Assembly: GCA_033765235.1 (NCBI GenBank)
Contig: JANRIG010000022.1
Location: 133,863 to 197,862 of the forward strand
Reading direction: 5' to 3'
Origin: Cytophagales bacterium
Lineage (GTDB): Bacteria > Bacteroidota > Bacteroidia > Cytophagales > UBA9547
DNA length: 64,000 nt
The notes beneath the pieces are model-generated. The model was not told the DNA's origin, did no database searches, and worked only from the letters and a program-made list of their open reading frames with translations. Each line of letters begins with the position of its first letter. Position 1 is the stretch's first letter. Both the position numbers and the translations under genes were made by a program. Positions 19,122-28,348 of this stretch are shown here, in pieces.

Positions 19122-20051
19122 GTGATAAACCCGTTTGTAAAATATTATTGGCTGGTACAAGAGTATATATCCGATTTATCAATATATGATACACCTAAGG
19201 TAAAATATAACATGAACATGATAAAAGTAAGAGGTCAACACAATTTTGCGGTAGACGAGCTTAAAATTGCAACTACTTTCAATGAAATGAAACCAACCAT
19301 ACAAACCATAAACAATGCCGGTAATTTGGCTGTAAATGGCAACTTTATATCAAATGGCAATGGCAATATTAAAGGCAACTTGCTGATAGAAAATGGTAAT
19401 ATAAATATGATTGGCAAGCCTGATAATGCTATTATTGCTCATGGCTTGAATAAATACAAAGGACCTGAAATAAATATGAATTATTTGGGCAGGGTTACAT
19501 CGGGCAGAATGGTACTTCAGGATATGATGAATGGAGGAGGTGCTAATTGGAGTAGATTGTTATTAAGTAATAATTTGGTGTTTAATGACCGTAAAAATTA
19601 TTTTGAACTAGTAGGAGGAGGGGTTTATCCTGATTTTGCTGCTTTAAGATTTGAAAACGATGGAATTATTAGTTTATATTCCAAAAGTCAAACAATGGAT
19701 CCAATAAATACAACTTTTGGTCATTTAAATATGTACAGAAAACTATATATTACACCTGATGGTAAATTTTATTTTTATGGCACCATTTATGCCAAAGAAA
19801 TTGAAATAAAAACTACCGGGTTTCCTGATTATGTATTTCACAAGAAGTATAAATTAGAAAGATTAGAAAATGTAGAAACATACATCAATAAAAATAAACA
19901 TCTAAAAGGATTGCCCACTGCAAAAGAGGTATCAGACAAAGGTATAAAAATAACTGAACTTAATAAAAAACTGGTAGAAAAAATAGAAGAACTTACTTTG
20001 TATATTATTGAACAAAATAAACGTATAAAGGCATTAGAAGATAAACATTAA
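19122..20051 (+). CDS. Hypothetical protein with a beta-helix-like Asn/Gly-rich middle and a PDYVF...HLKGLPTAKEV...coiled-coil C-terminal module; possibly the 3' half of a split gene
   Basis: Non-ATG (GTG) start and no signal peptide. The N-terminus carries FAVDELKIATTF, which resembles a LamG-domain terminal strand. The C-terminal module recalls a conserved Bacteroidota tail-fibre-like end. Confidence 0.5.
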   Translation: MINPFVKYYWLVQEYISDLSIYDTPKVKYNMNMIKVRGQHNFAVDELKIATTFNEMKPTIQTINNAGNLAVNGNFISNGNGNIKGNLLIENGNINMIGKPDNAIIAHGLNKYKGPEINMNYLGRVTSGRMVLQDMMNGGGANWSRLLLSNNLVFNDRKNYFELVGGGVYPDFAALRFENDGIISLYSKSQTMDPINTTFGHLNMYRKLYITPDGKFYFYGTIYAKEIEIKTTGFPDYVFHKKYKLERLENVETYINKNKHLKGLPTAKEVSDKGIKITELNKKLVEKIEELTLYIIEQNKRIKALEDKH

Positions 20052-20061
20052 TTAATAAGTT

Positions 20062-20910
20062 ATGAGACACTATTATATAGCATGGTGCATAATTATTGGG
20101 TTGATTATTTACAATATAAGATGCAAACCTACTGAAGATGCTGTACCTATTGTTCCTATGAATAATAATACAAGTATAGTAGGAGTAAATACAGTAATAG
20201 GTGCAAGTACAATAACAGGCTCACATACTACATGTGGCAATGCTACAATAACAGGTACAAATTCAGTACTTGGTACAGTATTTAATATAATTACGATAAT
20301 TGGCAATGTACCCGGCAACCATACAATACTGGGGCTTAATACCTTAACAGGGGAAACAACGATATTAGGTATTGTAACAACAGCTGACACTAGCACATCT
20401 GTTATTATTAAACCAAGCTGTACCTATACAGGTGATTATTTTGTAAACCGCCTTACTACAAACCAAATAGACTTGCCCATACGTAAATCCATAGTAATAT
20501 TGCCTGAACACTTACGAGTAGAATTCAAAGCATTACTTTGGGACACACGATGTCTTGACCCGAATTTGCCAAAAGTAGTATGTGAACCTTGGCCTCCCGA
20601 GGTATTGGTAAAGTATGAAATAAGCGATGCCCAATGCAATACTTATGAAACATATATGTCTAAATACGATTTTTATTTAAATATACTAATTTTATCCTAT
20701 CCATTACCAAAATCTCAAAATGTGTACAGTACCTTAACCTTTACAGGATTTAATATTGAATACCAAAATATACTACCTAAAAAAGTGATAGATACTACAG
20801 TCTATCCATTTTATGATGTTGATAATATAACAATAGTAAGGATTGATACATTCTTTATTCCCATTGTAAAGGATACAAATAGTTATACGCTAAAACTTAA
20901 GTTAAACTAA
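20062..20910 (+). CDS. Secreted/lipoprotein-like protein with a hexapeptide ([LIVT]-G-x4) repeat tract
   Basis: Gly recurs every 6 residues across IVGVNTVIGASTITGSHTTCGNATITGTNSVLGT. Hydrophobic N-terminus. Its stop overlaps the next gene's ATG (TAATG). Confidence 0.55.
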   Translation: MRHYYIAWCIIIGLIIYNIRCKPTEDAVPIVPMNNNTSIVGVNTVIGASTITGSHTTCGNATITGTNSVLGTVFNIITIIGNVPGNHTILGLNTLTGETTILGIVTTADTSTSVIIKPSCTYTGDYFVNRLTTNQIDLPIRKSIVILPEHLRVEFKALLWDTRCLDPNLPKVVCEPWPPEVLVKYEISDAQCNTYETYMSKYDFYLNILILSYPLPKSQNVYSTLTFTGFNIEYQNILPKKVIDTTVYPFYDVDNITIVRIDTFFIPIVKDTNSYTLKLKLN

Positions 20911-23051
20911 TGCTTAGAAGACATATATTGACAATATACTTTTTACTAAATTTTAGTTTTTGCATCGGTCAATTTTTTTTTACTGATTCTATTGATTATA
21001 TCCTAAAACCAAGCTTTTATAACAAATATTTAGAAATAAAAGATAGTTTATTTATTACCCCCGATGAATTTATTTCTAACTACTCAAGCAAAATTATTGG
21101 TAACAGCAAAAGTAAACTATTATATGTTCGTACTAAAACGGACCCATCAGGGAATATCCACAAAACTTACCAACAATATTATAACAATTATCCCATAAAT
21201 GACGGATATGTAATATTGCATTGCATCAATAGTTATGTTAATAAAGTAACGGGCAGTTTATACTATAATTTTACAGCAAGCAGCAATATGACACATACAA
21301 TAAAACCTAAAAATTTAATAAAAAATATGGTTCCCAAAAATATAATGAAAGACAAAAGGACTTCCATAGAATATAAATGTAAATATATAGATTGTGATAC
21401 TACACCTTTCAAAAAAGAAATGATATTAAGCCATGAGATAACCGTTTATAGTGATACAAATAACTATGACTATACATTCTATTTTTTTGCATCAAATGAT
21501 AAATATTTGTTTAAAAACAAAAACACAAAATATTGTGCGCCAAATTATTATACACCTACTTCTGATGAGACAGTAGAAAATTGTGCAAACATAAATTTTT
21601 ACAATACAGACAAACAATTTTTCGCAGATTATGAAGTAAGTAAGGCTGCTTATTTGTCAAAAATTAAAGGTAATAGACCTATGTTAAACGATTTCAACCG
21701 TACAATATATAACAATATAAATGTTGTAAATGGAGGTCAATTTATTACTTCACCAACTTTATTTCAGTGGAACAGTCCTGTTCAACGTGGTGCGGCTACC
21801 TATCTATGGGCAGCAGAATTTTTTTATGATTATGCATATGACAACTATGGTTTTAGTACTGTTGATAACAAAGATGGAAACATATCAATAGTACTTAATA
21901 GTTCTGTATCTGCTGGAATACTTGCTTCTTATAGTAATAAAGTAGTCAACATTGTTGGGGTCAATGTTATTAGACCTGCTGTTTTATGGCACGAGTTAGG
22001 TCATTCCATAGCAGACCAAATTTGGGGAAATGGTACTGTCGTCATAGGAGAATATCCCTTTTTCGAAGGTATTGCTGATATTACTAGCATGGTAATACAA
22101 TATGCATATACAGGAGGTAATGTACTATGGGAATCTGTTTATAATCCATCATGGTCAGTTAACGCAACTATAGGAGATGTAGATTGGAATAATCCACATA
22201 GGAATGAAGATGCACAAAAACGTATAATTACTCATTGGTTTTATATAATGTGCAACGGGCAAACTGGTTTTAATACATTAGGATATCCTTATAATGTGTC
22301 AGGCATAGGCATAAATAAGGCAGACAAAATATTATTCCATGCTATGGAATATTACAGCTATCAAGGCATTAGTTTAAAAGATGCATTAGTAAACTGCTTA
22401 TTATCAGCAGCAGACTTATATGGCAATTGCTCAAATGAGTATATACAAACATCAAATGCAATAGAAGCTGTAGGTATAAGAAATGGAACAACAAATTGGG
22501 GAAGTGATTACAATTTATGTTTGGATATAAACTCTTCAATTTCATCACAATTTATATTTGCTACCGGGGTCTTTACTTTATCAAATAATTGCAGCACTAT
22601 TGTGAGAAATAATTCAACTTTAATTGCTAATTCTTCTACAAAAGTGGTTCTTAAACCTGGTTTTAAAGCAGAAAGGGGGTCTTTTTTCCATGCAGGTATT
22701 ACACAATGTTATAATCCTACTGTTTCTAAAACACCTCCAATTTACAATTCATCAAGAAAAGAATACATCGAAACTTCACATTTAAACAAAATAGTTGCTA
22801 AAAAATATATCCCTGATGTATTTCCTAATCCATTCGAAAATACTTTTAACATAGATTATAACCCCGATAGCATATCTAATAATTCAAATTTTTATAGAAT
22901 AATTGATATAAACTCAAAAACTATAAAAGAGGGTGCCTTTAATGTAGGCAGCAATCAGGTTGATATGTCGTCTGTAGGTACTGGGTTGTATTATTTACAA
23001 TTATATTTATCTGGCACCTACAGCAAAACTTTCAAAATTGTCAGGAAATAA
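20910..23051 (+). CDS. Thermolysin-like (clan MA(E), M4/M36-like) zinc metalloprotease with T9SS type-A C-terminal sorting domain
   Basis: HELGH zinc motif with a downstream FFEGIADI (third-ligand Glu region), about 20 residues later. C-terminal ..VFPNPFENTFNIDY...GLYYLQLYLSGTYSKTFKIVRK sorting domain. Signal peptide. Confidence 0.75.
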   Translation: MLRRHILTIYFLLNFSFCIGQFFFTDSIDYILKPSFYNKYLEIKDSLFITPDEFISNYSSKIIGNSKSKLLYVRTKTDPSGNIHKTYQQYYNNYPINDGYVILHCINSYVNKVTGSLYYNFTASSNMTHTIKPKNLIKNMVPKNIMKDKRTSIEYKCKYIDCDTTPFKKEMILSHEITVYSDTNNYDYTFYFFASNDKYLFKNKNTKYCAPNYYTPTSDETVENCANINFYNTDKQFFADYEVSKAAYLSKIKGNRPMLNDFNRTIYNNINVVNGGQFITSPTLFQWNSPVQRGAATYLWAAEFFYDYAYDNYGFSTVDNKDGNISIVLNSSVSAGILASYSNKVVNIVGVNVIRPAVLWHELGHSIADQIWGNGTVVIGEYPFFEGIADITSMVIQYAYTGGNVLWESVYNPSWSVNATIGDVDWNNPHRNEDAQKRIITHWFYIMCNGQTGFNTLGYPYNVSGIGINKADKILFHAMEYYSYQGISLKDALVNCLLSAADLYGNCSNEYIQTSNAIEAVGIRNGTTNWGSDYNLCLDINSSISSQFIFATGVFTLSNNCSTIVRNNSTLIANSSTKVVLKPGFKAERGSFFHAGITQCYNPTVSKTPPIYNSSRKEYIETSHLNKIVAKKYIPDVFPNPFENTFNIDYNPDSISNNSNFYRIIDINSKTIKEGAFNVGSNQVDMSSVGTGLYYLQLYLSGTYSKTFKIVRK

Positions 23052-23089
23052 TATTTCTTATAATATAAGAATATATATTTTTCAGAATT

Positions 23090-23120
23090 GATTAGACAAC
23101 TTTTTGAAAGTTGTCTAATC
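23090..23120. terminator. Perfect 14-bp-stem hairpin (member 2 of a twin family)
   Basis: gattagacaacttt-ttg-aaagttgtctaatc, 39 nt after the protease stop and 95 nt upstream of lon. Confidence 0.6.
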
Positions 23121-23214
23121 TTGGGAGCGTATCATACACAAATATTCATACTTCACACACTTTGGCACAACATTTGATATTTGGTATTAATATTTTCATT
23201 GTTAATAATAATAA

Positions 23215-25701
23215 ATGTCTTCTCAAGATAGATTTACCAACCTGCTATTGCCTGTATCACATGCAGACGACGGCGAAACATTCTCAATAATAACCTCAAA
23301 TACCCAAGATTCGTTAGAAAAAATACCTGAAATCATTCCCATACTGCCTGTACGCAACACAGTACTGTTTCCAGGGGTAGTATTGCCTATCACCGTAGGG
23401 CGCGAAAAATCCATAAAACTTGTAAAAAAGTCTTATAAAGGCGATAAAATAATAGGAGTAGTGGCTCAAATACCTCCGGGAGGCGATGAAGCCACCGAAG
23501 ACAATATGTACAAAATAGGCACTGTAGCCCGCATACTCAAAATGCTGGTGCTTCCTGATGGCAATACTACCATCATCATACAAGGCATATCCAGATTTAA
23601 GTTTGATACCTTTGCTACCCTTGAGCCGTACATCACTGCCAAAGCTACCTTGCTGGGCGACAATTTTCCTACAAAGCTCACCAGAGAGCAGAAAGCACTC
23701 ATGCAAAGCATTCGCGACAATGCCACTAAAATACTAAAACTCAATACAGACTTGCCTCGCGAAGCGCAGATGGCCATAGATAATATAGAAAGCCCTGCAT
23801 TTCTCACCCACTTTTTGTGCAGCAATATCAACGCCGAACTCAACGAAAAACAAAACCTGCTCGAAACAGACAGTGGCATAGCAAGGGCAGGAATGCTGCT
23901 TGAGCACTTGCTCAAAGACCTCCAAATGATAGAGCTCAAGCGCGAAATACAAAATAAGGCTCACAATGACATAGACCAGCAGCAGCGCGACTACTTTTTG
24001 CGCCAGCAGCTCAAAGTATTACAAGACGAGCTGGGGCAAGAGGGTACTGAGAAGCGTGTAGAGGAGTTGCGCCAAAAAGCAAAAACCAAAAAATGGACAG
24101 AAAATGTAGGTAAAACATTCCTAAAAGAGCTTGATAAACTGCAACGGATGAACAATATGTCGCCGGAGTACGGGGTCACTATGAATTATTTGGAATATTT
24201 TTTAGAATTGCCTTGGCAGGAATATACCAAAGACAACTTTGATATAAAAAGAGCCAAAAAAATATTGGATGCCGAGCACTCAGGCATGGAAAAAGTTAAA
24301 GAACGCATACTCGAATACCTTGCAGTGCTCAAACTCAAAAACGATATGAAAGCTCCCATCTTATGCCTATTCGGACCTCCGGGAGTGGGCAAAACCTCAT
24401 TAGGCAGGTCTGTGGCCAAGTCGCTCAATCGCAAATATGTCAGAATGTCACTCGGGGGGCTGCACGACGAGGCCGAAATACGCGGACACAGACGCACCTA
24501 CATAGGTGCCATGCCCGGCAAAATACTGCACCATATCAAAAAAGCACAATCATCAAATCCTGTATTTATATTGGATGAAATTGATAAAATAGGCCATGAT
24601 TTTCGGGGCGACCCATCATCTGCATTATTGGAAGTGCTGGACCCTGAGCAAAATTTTGAGTTTCTTGACAACTATCTCGACCAAGCTTATGACCTGTCCA
24701 AAGTACTCTTTATAGCCACAGCCAATACCCTCGATACCATACAGCCGGCCCTGCGCGACCGTATGGAAATCATAGAACTGAGTGGATACACGGTAGAAGA
24801 AAAAACAGACATTGCCAAAAAGCACCTAATTATTAAACAAAAAAAAGAAAACGGATTGCACGAAAAAGACTTTGGCATAGCAGATGCAGGCATTGTCAAA
24901 ATCATAGAAAGCTACACGCGCGAGTCGGGAGTGAGACAACTGGAAAGGCAAATAGCCAAAGTATGTCGCAACTTAGCCAAAGCCAAAGCACTAGGCGAGC
25001 CATACAAGAAAATATTGCAACCCGATGACATAGAGCGAATACTTGGGCATGAAAGAATAGATAAAGACGAATATGACGATAGTAATACTGCAGGGGTAGT
25101 TACAGGATTGGCATGGACTCAGGTAGGGGGCGAAATACTCACCATAGAGGCAAGCCTTAGCAGGGGCAAAGGCAAACTTACCCTCTCAGGTCAACTGGGA
25201 GATGTAATGAAAGAGTCTGCCATGGCAGCACTTTCGTACCTCAAAGCACATGCAGATACGTGGAATATCAGTTATGAAATATTTGAACATTATGACCTGC
25301 ATATTCATGTGCCGGCAGGGGCTGTGCCCAAAGATGGTCCATCGGCCGGCATCACTATGTTCACAGCTATGGCATCGGCATACACTCAGCGTATGGTAAA
25401 ACAAAAAATAGCCATGACCGGTGAGATTACGCTCAGAGGCAAAGTATTGCCTGTGGGAGGTATCAAAGAAAAGATATTAGCAGCCAAAAGAGCAGGCATT
25501 ACAGATATTATACTGTGTGCAAAAAACCGCAAAGATGTCTCTGAAATAGCAGACCATTACCTCACGGGCTTGCATATACACTACATAGAGCACATGAGCG
25601 AGGTCATAGATATGGCGCTCACACACCAAAAAGTGAAAAATGCAATAAATTTTATTATACCTGAAAAATCAAAAATAGACCAACCTCAAGAGATATACTG
25701 A
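23215..25701 (+). CDS. lon: ATP-dependent Lon protease
   Basis: 828 aa with a LON N-domain, Walker A GPPGVGKTS and catalytic PKDGPSAGITM. Confidence 0.97.
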   Translation: MSSQDRFTNLLLPVSHADDGETFSIITSNTQDSLEKIPEIIPILPVRNTVLFPGVVLPITVGREKSIKLVKKSYKGDKIIGVVAQIPPGGDEATEDNMYKIGTVARILKMLVLPDGNTTIIIQGISRFKFDTFATLEPYITAKATLLGDNFPTKLTREQKALMQSIRDNATKILKLNTDLPREAQMAIDNIESPAFLTHFLCSNINAELNEKQNLLETDSGIARAGMLLEHLLKDLQMIELKREIQNKAHNDIDQQQRDYFLRQQLKVLQDELGQEGTEKRVEELRQKAKTKKWTENVGKTFLKELDKLQRMNNMSPEYGVTMNYLEYFLELPWQEYTKDNFDIKRAKKILDAEHSGMEKVKERILEYLAVLKLKNDMKAPILCLFGPPGVGKTSLGRSVAKSLNRKYVRMSLGGLHDEAEIRGHRRTYIGAMPGKILHHIKKAQSSNPVFILDEIDKIGHDFRGDPSSALLEVLDPEQNFEFLDNYLDQAYDLSKVLFIATANTLDTIQPALRDRMEIIELSGYTVEEKTDIAKKHLIIKQKKENGLHEKDFGIADAGIVKIIESYTRESGVRQLERQIAKVCRNLAKAKALGEPYKKILQPDDIERILGHERIDKDEYDDSNTAGVVTGLAWTQVGGEILTIEASLSRGKGKLTLSGQLGDVMKESAMAALSYLKAHADTWNISYEIFEHYDLHIHVPAGAVPKDGPSAGITMFTAMASAYTQRMVKQKIAMTGEITLRGKVLPVGGIKEKILAAKRAGITDIILCAKNRKDVSEIADHYLTGLHIHYIEHMSEVIDMALTHQKVKNAINFIIPEKSKIDQPQEIY

Positions 25702-25718
25702 AAAAAGTAAAGTAAATA

Positions 25719-26111
25719 TTACTTCTTTTGCTCCAGTATCACCCCTTTGATAGATACCATGGTCACAGCGGGTACCGTATTTGCCATGATGGTGAGTGCT
25801 TTGTTAAAATTGCCTGGCTTACCTTTGTACTTGTATCCTGCTTTCACAATGCCATATTGCCCCGGCATCACAGGCTTTTTTGAGAAATCTGCCAATGTAC
25901 ATTCGCATGCTGTCTTTATGTCGCTGATTATGAGGGGCTCTACGCCTACATTTTTGAACTTAAACTCGCACCACAAGGTATCATCTTTTTCCACCACACT
26001 ACCAAAATCATGCTCTGTTTTGTCAAATTTGAAGTCGGCCTGAGCCAAGCTTGTCATTGAGCCAAGCCATATGAAGGAGGCTAAGAGTGTATATTTCATT
26101 TTGTTTTTCAT
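25719..26111 (-). CDS. DUF1573-domain secreted protein
   Basis: 130 aa with a signal peptide. FKFDKTEHDFGSV...FKFKNVGVEPLIISDIKTACECT matches the DUF1573 pattern. Confidence 0.7.
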   Translation of the reverse strand: MKNKMKYTLLASFIWLGSMTSLAQADFKFDKTEHDFGSVVEKDDTLWCEFKFKNVGVEPLIISDIKTACECTLADFSKKPVMPGQYGIVKAGYKYKGKPGNFNKALTIMANTVPAVTMVSIKGVILEQKK

Positions 26112-26126
26112 ATATTATTTATTCAC

Positions 26127-27434
26127 TTACTCATTTTTTAGCATAACCATAGCAGCCCCCATAGAAGTTCCCTGCGACAGGTCGTGGGCTATCACTTCTA
26201 CACCATTGCATTTTTGCGATAGCAATTTCATGAAAATTTTATTTTTATTAAAACCCCCATCCACAAATATTTTTTCTACGCTGCTCATGCCATCAGTTGC
26301 CATCAGCAGCGCATCATATTGGTAGGTCACCATATCCTCCATCAAGCGGTGATATGCTTGTTCATAACTTGTGTAGCTGTCAAGCACAGTGGCATCAAAT
26401 ACCTGCTCGGGTAGGGTGCTGCTATTGAGTATGGCAGGCATAGCGAGAGCTTTTGTATAGGTATCAGCGTCAAAATCTATATTTTTGTAATAATCTTTAT
26501 CTTTCACAAAATGTCCGGCAAATATTTTGGTAAATACTTCATGAAAATGTCCTAAAAATAGCCTTGAGGCTTTTACTTTCACCCCTTCAAAAGTCATATA
26601 ATTCAGACAATCTTTTTGGAGTTCTTGTTTGGTAAGCAGGCTTTTGGCAAAGGGGTAAAGGCATATGCTCCATGTGCCTGTGCTTACAAGCACAAATGGT
26701 TGCTTATTTTTTTTAAAATACGGAATAAGTGCCGCACTGCTGTCATGCAGCCCGGTGCCCACAGGTATTTCATGGTCGCGGTAGCGGGTATAGCCCAAGG
26801 TATAATTTTGGGTAACAGGGGCAAATAATGTATCTATGCCTTCGGCTTTTACCCATGTGTGATAATCGTTTTGTTGCATATCCCAAAGTGCGGTGTGGCA
26901 GCCTATGCTTGTGTATTCACTACATTTTTTTTGGGTGAATAAGTAGGCACAATATTGAGGCAAGTGCAGCGAAGTACTTATTTTTTTGAAAACCAAAGGA
27001 TGGGCATATTTGAGCCAATACAGTTGCAACCCTGAGTTGAGCATGCCCAACACAGGCGATGCTGTAGCTGTGGCTATATCATCTTTATCACCATAGGCAT
27101 TATAAAACTTTTTTTCGTAGTCGGCAGGGAAATTTTTTAGGTAATTATAAAGTGGTGTTACAGGTTTGCCTTGAGCATCTAAGTGCACAAATGATGCACC
27201 GTAGGTGGCAAAATTGAGTGCAGTAATATCAAACCTTACATCATTTTGCAGGGTTTGCCAGGTTTCTGTCATCCACGCGGTGAGGGCGTGAAGGTCTTCA
27301 CAACTTTCACCTTCATCGTCTTTTACCTCTTCAAATACTGTTTGTACTTCGTGTACAAGTTGCATTTGCAGATCAAAGAGTAATATTTTTTTATTGGTTT
27401 TTCCTATGTCAAATACAGCAATGGTTTTTAGCAT
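26127..27434 (-). CDS. FGGY-family carbohydrate kinase
   Basis: 435 aa. The N-terminal IAVFDIGKTNKKILLFD phosphate-1 motif and the length fit the FGGY/actin-fold sugar kinases. Substrate unknown. Confidence 0.65.
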   Translation of the reverse strand: MLKTIAVFDIGKTNKKILLFDLQMQLVHEVQTVFEEVKDDEGESCEDLHALTAWMTETWQTLQNDVRFDITALNFATYGASFVHLDAQGKPVTPLYNYLKNFPADYEKKFYNAYGDKDDIATATASPVLGMLNSGLQLYWLKYAHPLVFKKISTSLHLPQYCAYLFTQKKCSEYTSIGCHTALWDMQQNDYHTWVKAEGIDTLFAPVTQNYTLGYTRYRDHEIPVGTGLHDSSAALIPYFKKNKQPFVLVSTGTWSICLYPFAKSLLTKQELQKDCLNYMTFEGVKVKASRLFLGHFHEVFTKIFAGHFVKDKDYYKNIDFDADTYTKALAMPAILNSSTLPEQVFDATVLDSYTSYEQAYHRLMEDMVTYQYDALLMATDGMSSVEKIFVDGGFNKNKIFMKLLSQKCNGVEVIAHDLSQGTSMGAAMVMLKNE

Positions 27435-27627
27435 TATTTATGAATTATTAAATAAAAATTATATTCTAAAGTATCACGCAATATTACGGCAATATGTGAA
27501 AATAAAATTTTAATATTTTATAATTATAACCTCAATGGTTGTTTACAGAATCATTAAGAAGTAATGGGTTAAAAACATATTCTTTATATTTGAAATTCAC
27601 ATTTCACCGTCCACATTTCACCCGTTT

Positions 27628-28341
27628 CTACAGACTAATACTTTGGTAAAAATAGCTTTTGAGCTCCTCCAATGTATTTTCATTAGCCTCCATATCTTTC
27701 ACTATCAGGCCTTTTTCAAGTATCACTACCCTTTGGCACAGCTCACTTACATGGTTCAGGTCGTGGCTCGATACTATGATGGTAGTGCCGTATTTTTGAT
27801 TCATGTCTTTGAGCAACAATTTGAGTAATATCTGTGAAGATGGGTCCAGTGAGTTGAAAGGCTCATCCAGTATCACCACTTTAGGATTTACAAAGAGGGC
27901 ACCTGCTATGCCGCATTTTTGTTTATTGCCTGTGCTCAGGCTACGTATGAGTTTGCCTTTGAGCCCTACTACCTCGCCCCCAAAAAACTGTTGTATGCGA
28001 TGTATTTTATCTTCTATTTCTTGCTTGCGTATGTCATACAACTCGCCCAAAAAATAAAAATATTCCTCAGGCTTCATAAAGTCGAGCAGAAAACTTTGGT
28101 CAAGAAATGAGCCTGTATATTTTTTCCATTCCTCACTCTCGTTCACTTTATTGGTGCCCATAGTCACATAGCCTTCGTCTGCTTTTATAAGGTCGAGTGC
28201 GAGGCGCAAAAAGGTGGTTTTGCCCGCCCCATTATTACCCAATAAGCCAAATATTTGCCCGCCGGGTATGGTGAGCTCGGGTATGTGCAGCACCGTATGG
28301 TCTTTGTAGTTTTTTTTGAGTTGCAATGCTTTTATTTCCAT
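27628..28341 (-). CDS. ABC transporter ATP-binding protein
   Basis: Walker A GNNGAGKTT, signature LSTGNKQK, Walker B VVILDEP. The ATG at 28341 (MEIKALQL..) is preferred over the track's 28434. Confidence 0.9.
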   Translation of the reverse strand: MEIKALQLKKNYKDHTVLHIPELTIPGGQIFGLLGNNGAGKTTFLRLALDLIKADEGYVTMGTNKVNESEEWKKYTGSFLDQSFLLDFMKPEEYFYFLGELYDIRKQEIEDKIHRIQQFFGGEVVGLKGKLIRSLSTGNKQKCGIAGALFVNPKVVILDEPFNSLDPSSQILLKLLLKDMNQKYGTTIIVSSHDLNHVSELCQRVVILEKGLIVKDMEANENTLEELKSYFYQSISL

Positions 28342-28348
28342 ATTTTTT

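Noticed and set aside
19059-19562. Apparent 1-nt register discrepancy between the printed sequence and the ORF-track protein for 19122-20051. In my reading the GTG falls at 19121 and an extra T appears in the run around 19559-19561.
   Set aside because: I could not reconcile this by hand. The track lists a single continuous ORF, and neighbouring coordinates (19002, 20062) match the print exactly. I treat it as a probable counting error of mine, keep the track coordinates, and only flag it for read-level checking.
6761-27625. The motif cacatttca(a/c)c seen just downstream of two minus-strand operons: about 6769, and twice at about 27598-27620.
   Set aside because: Only three copies of a short AT-rich 9-mer, and I could not scan the whole window exhaustively. 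The evidence for an element is insufficient.
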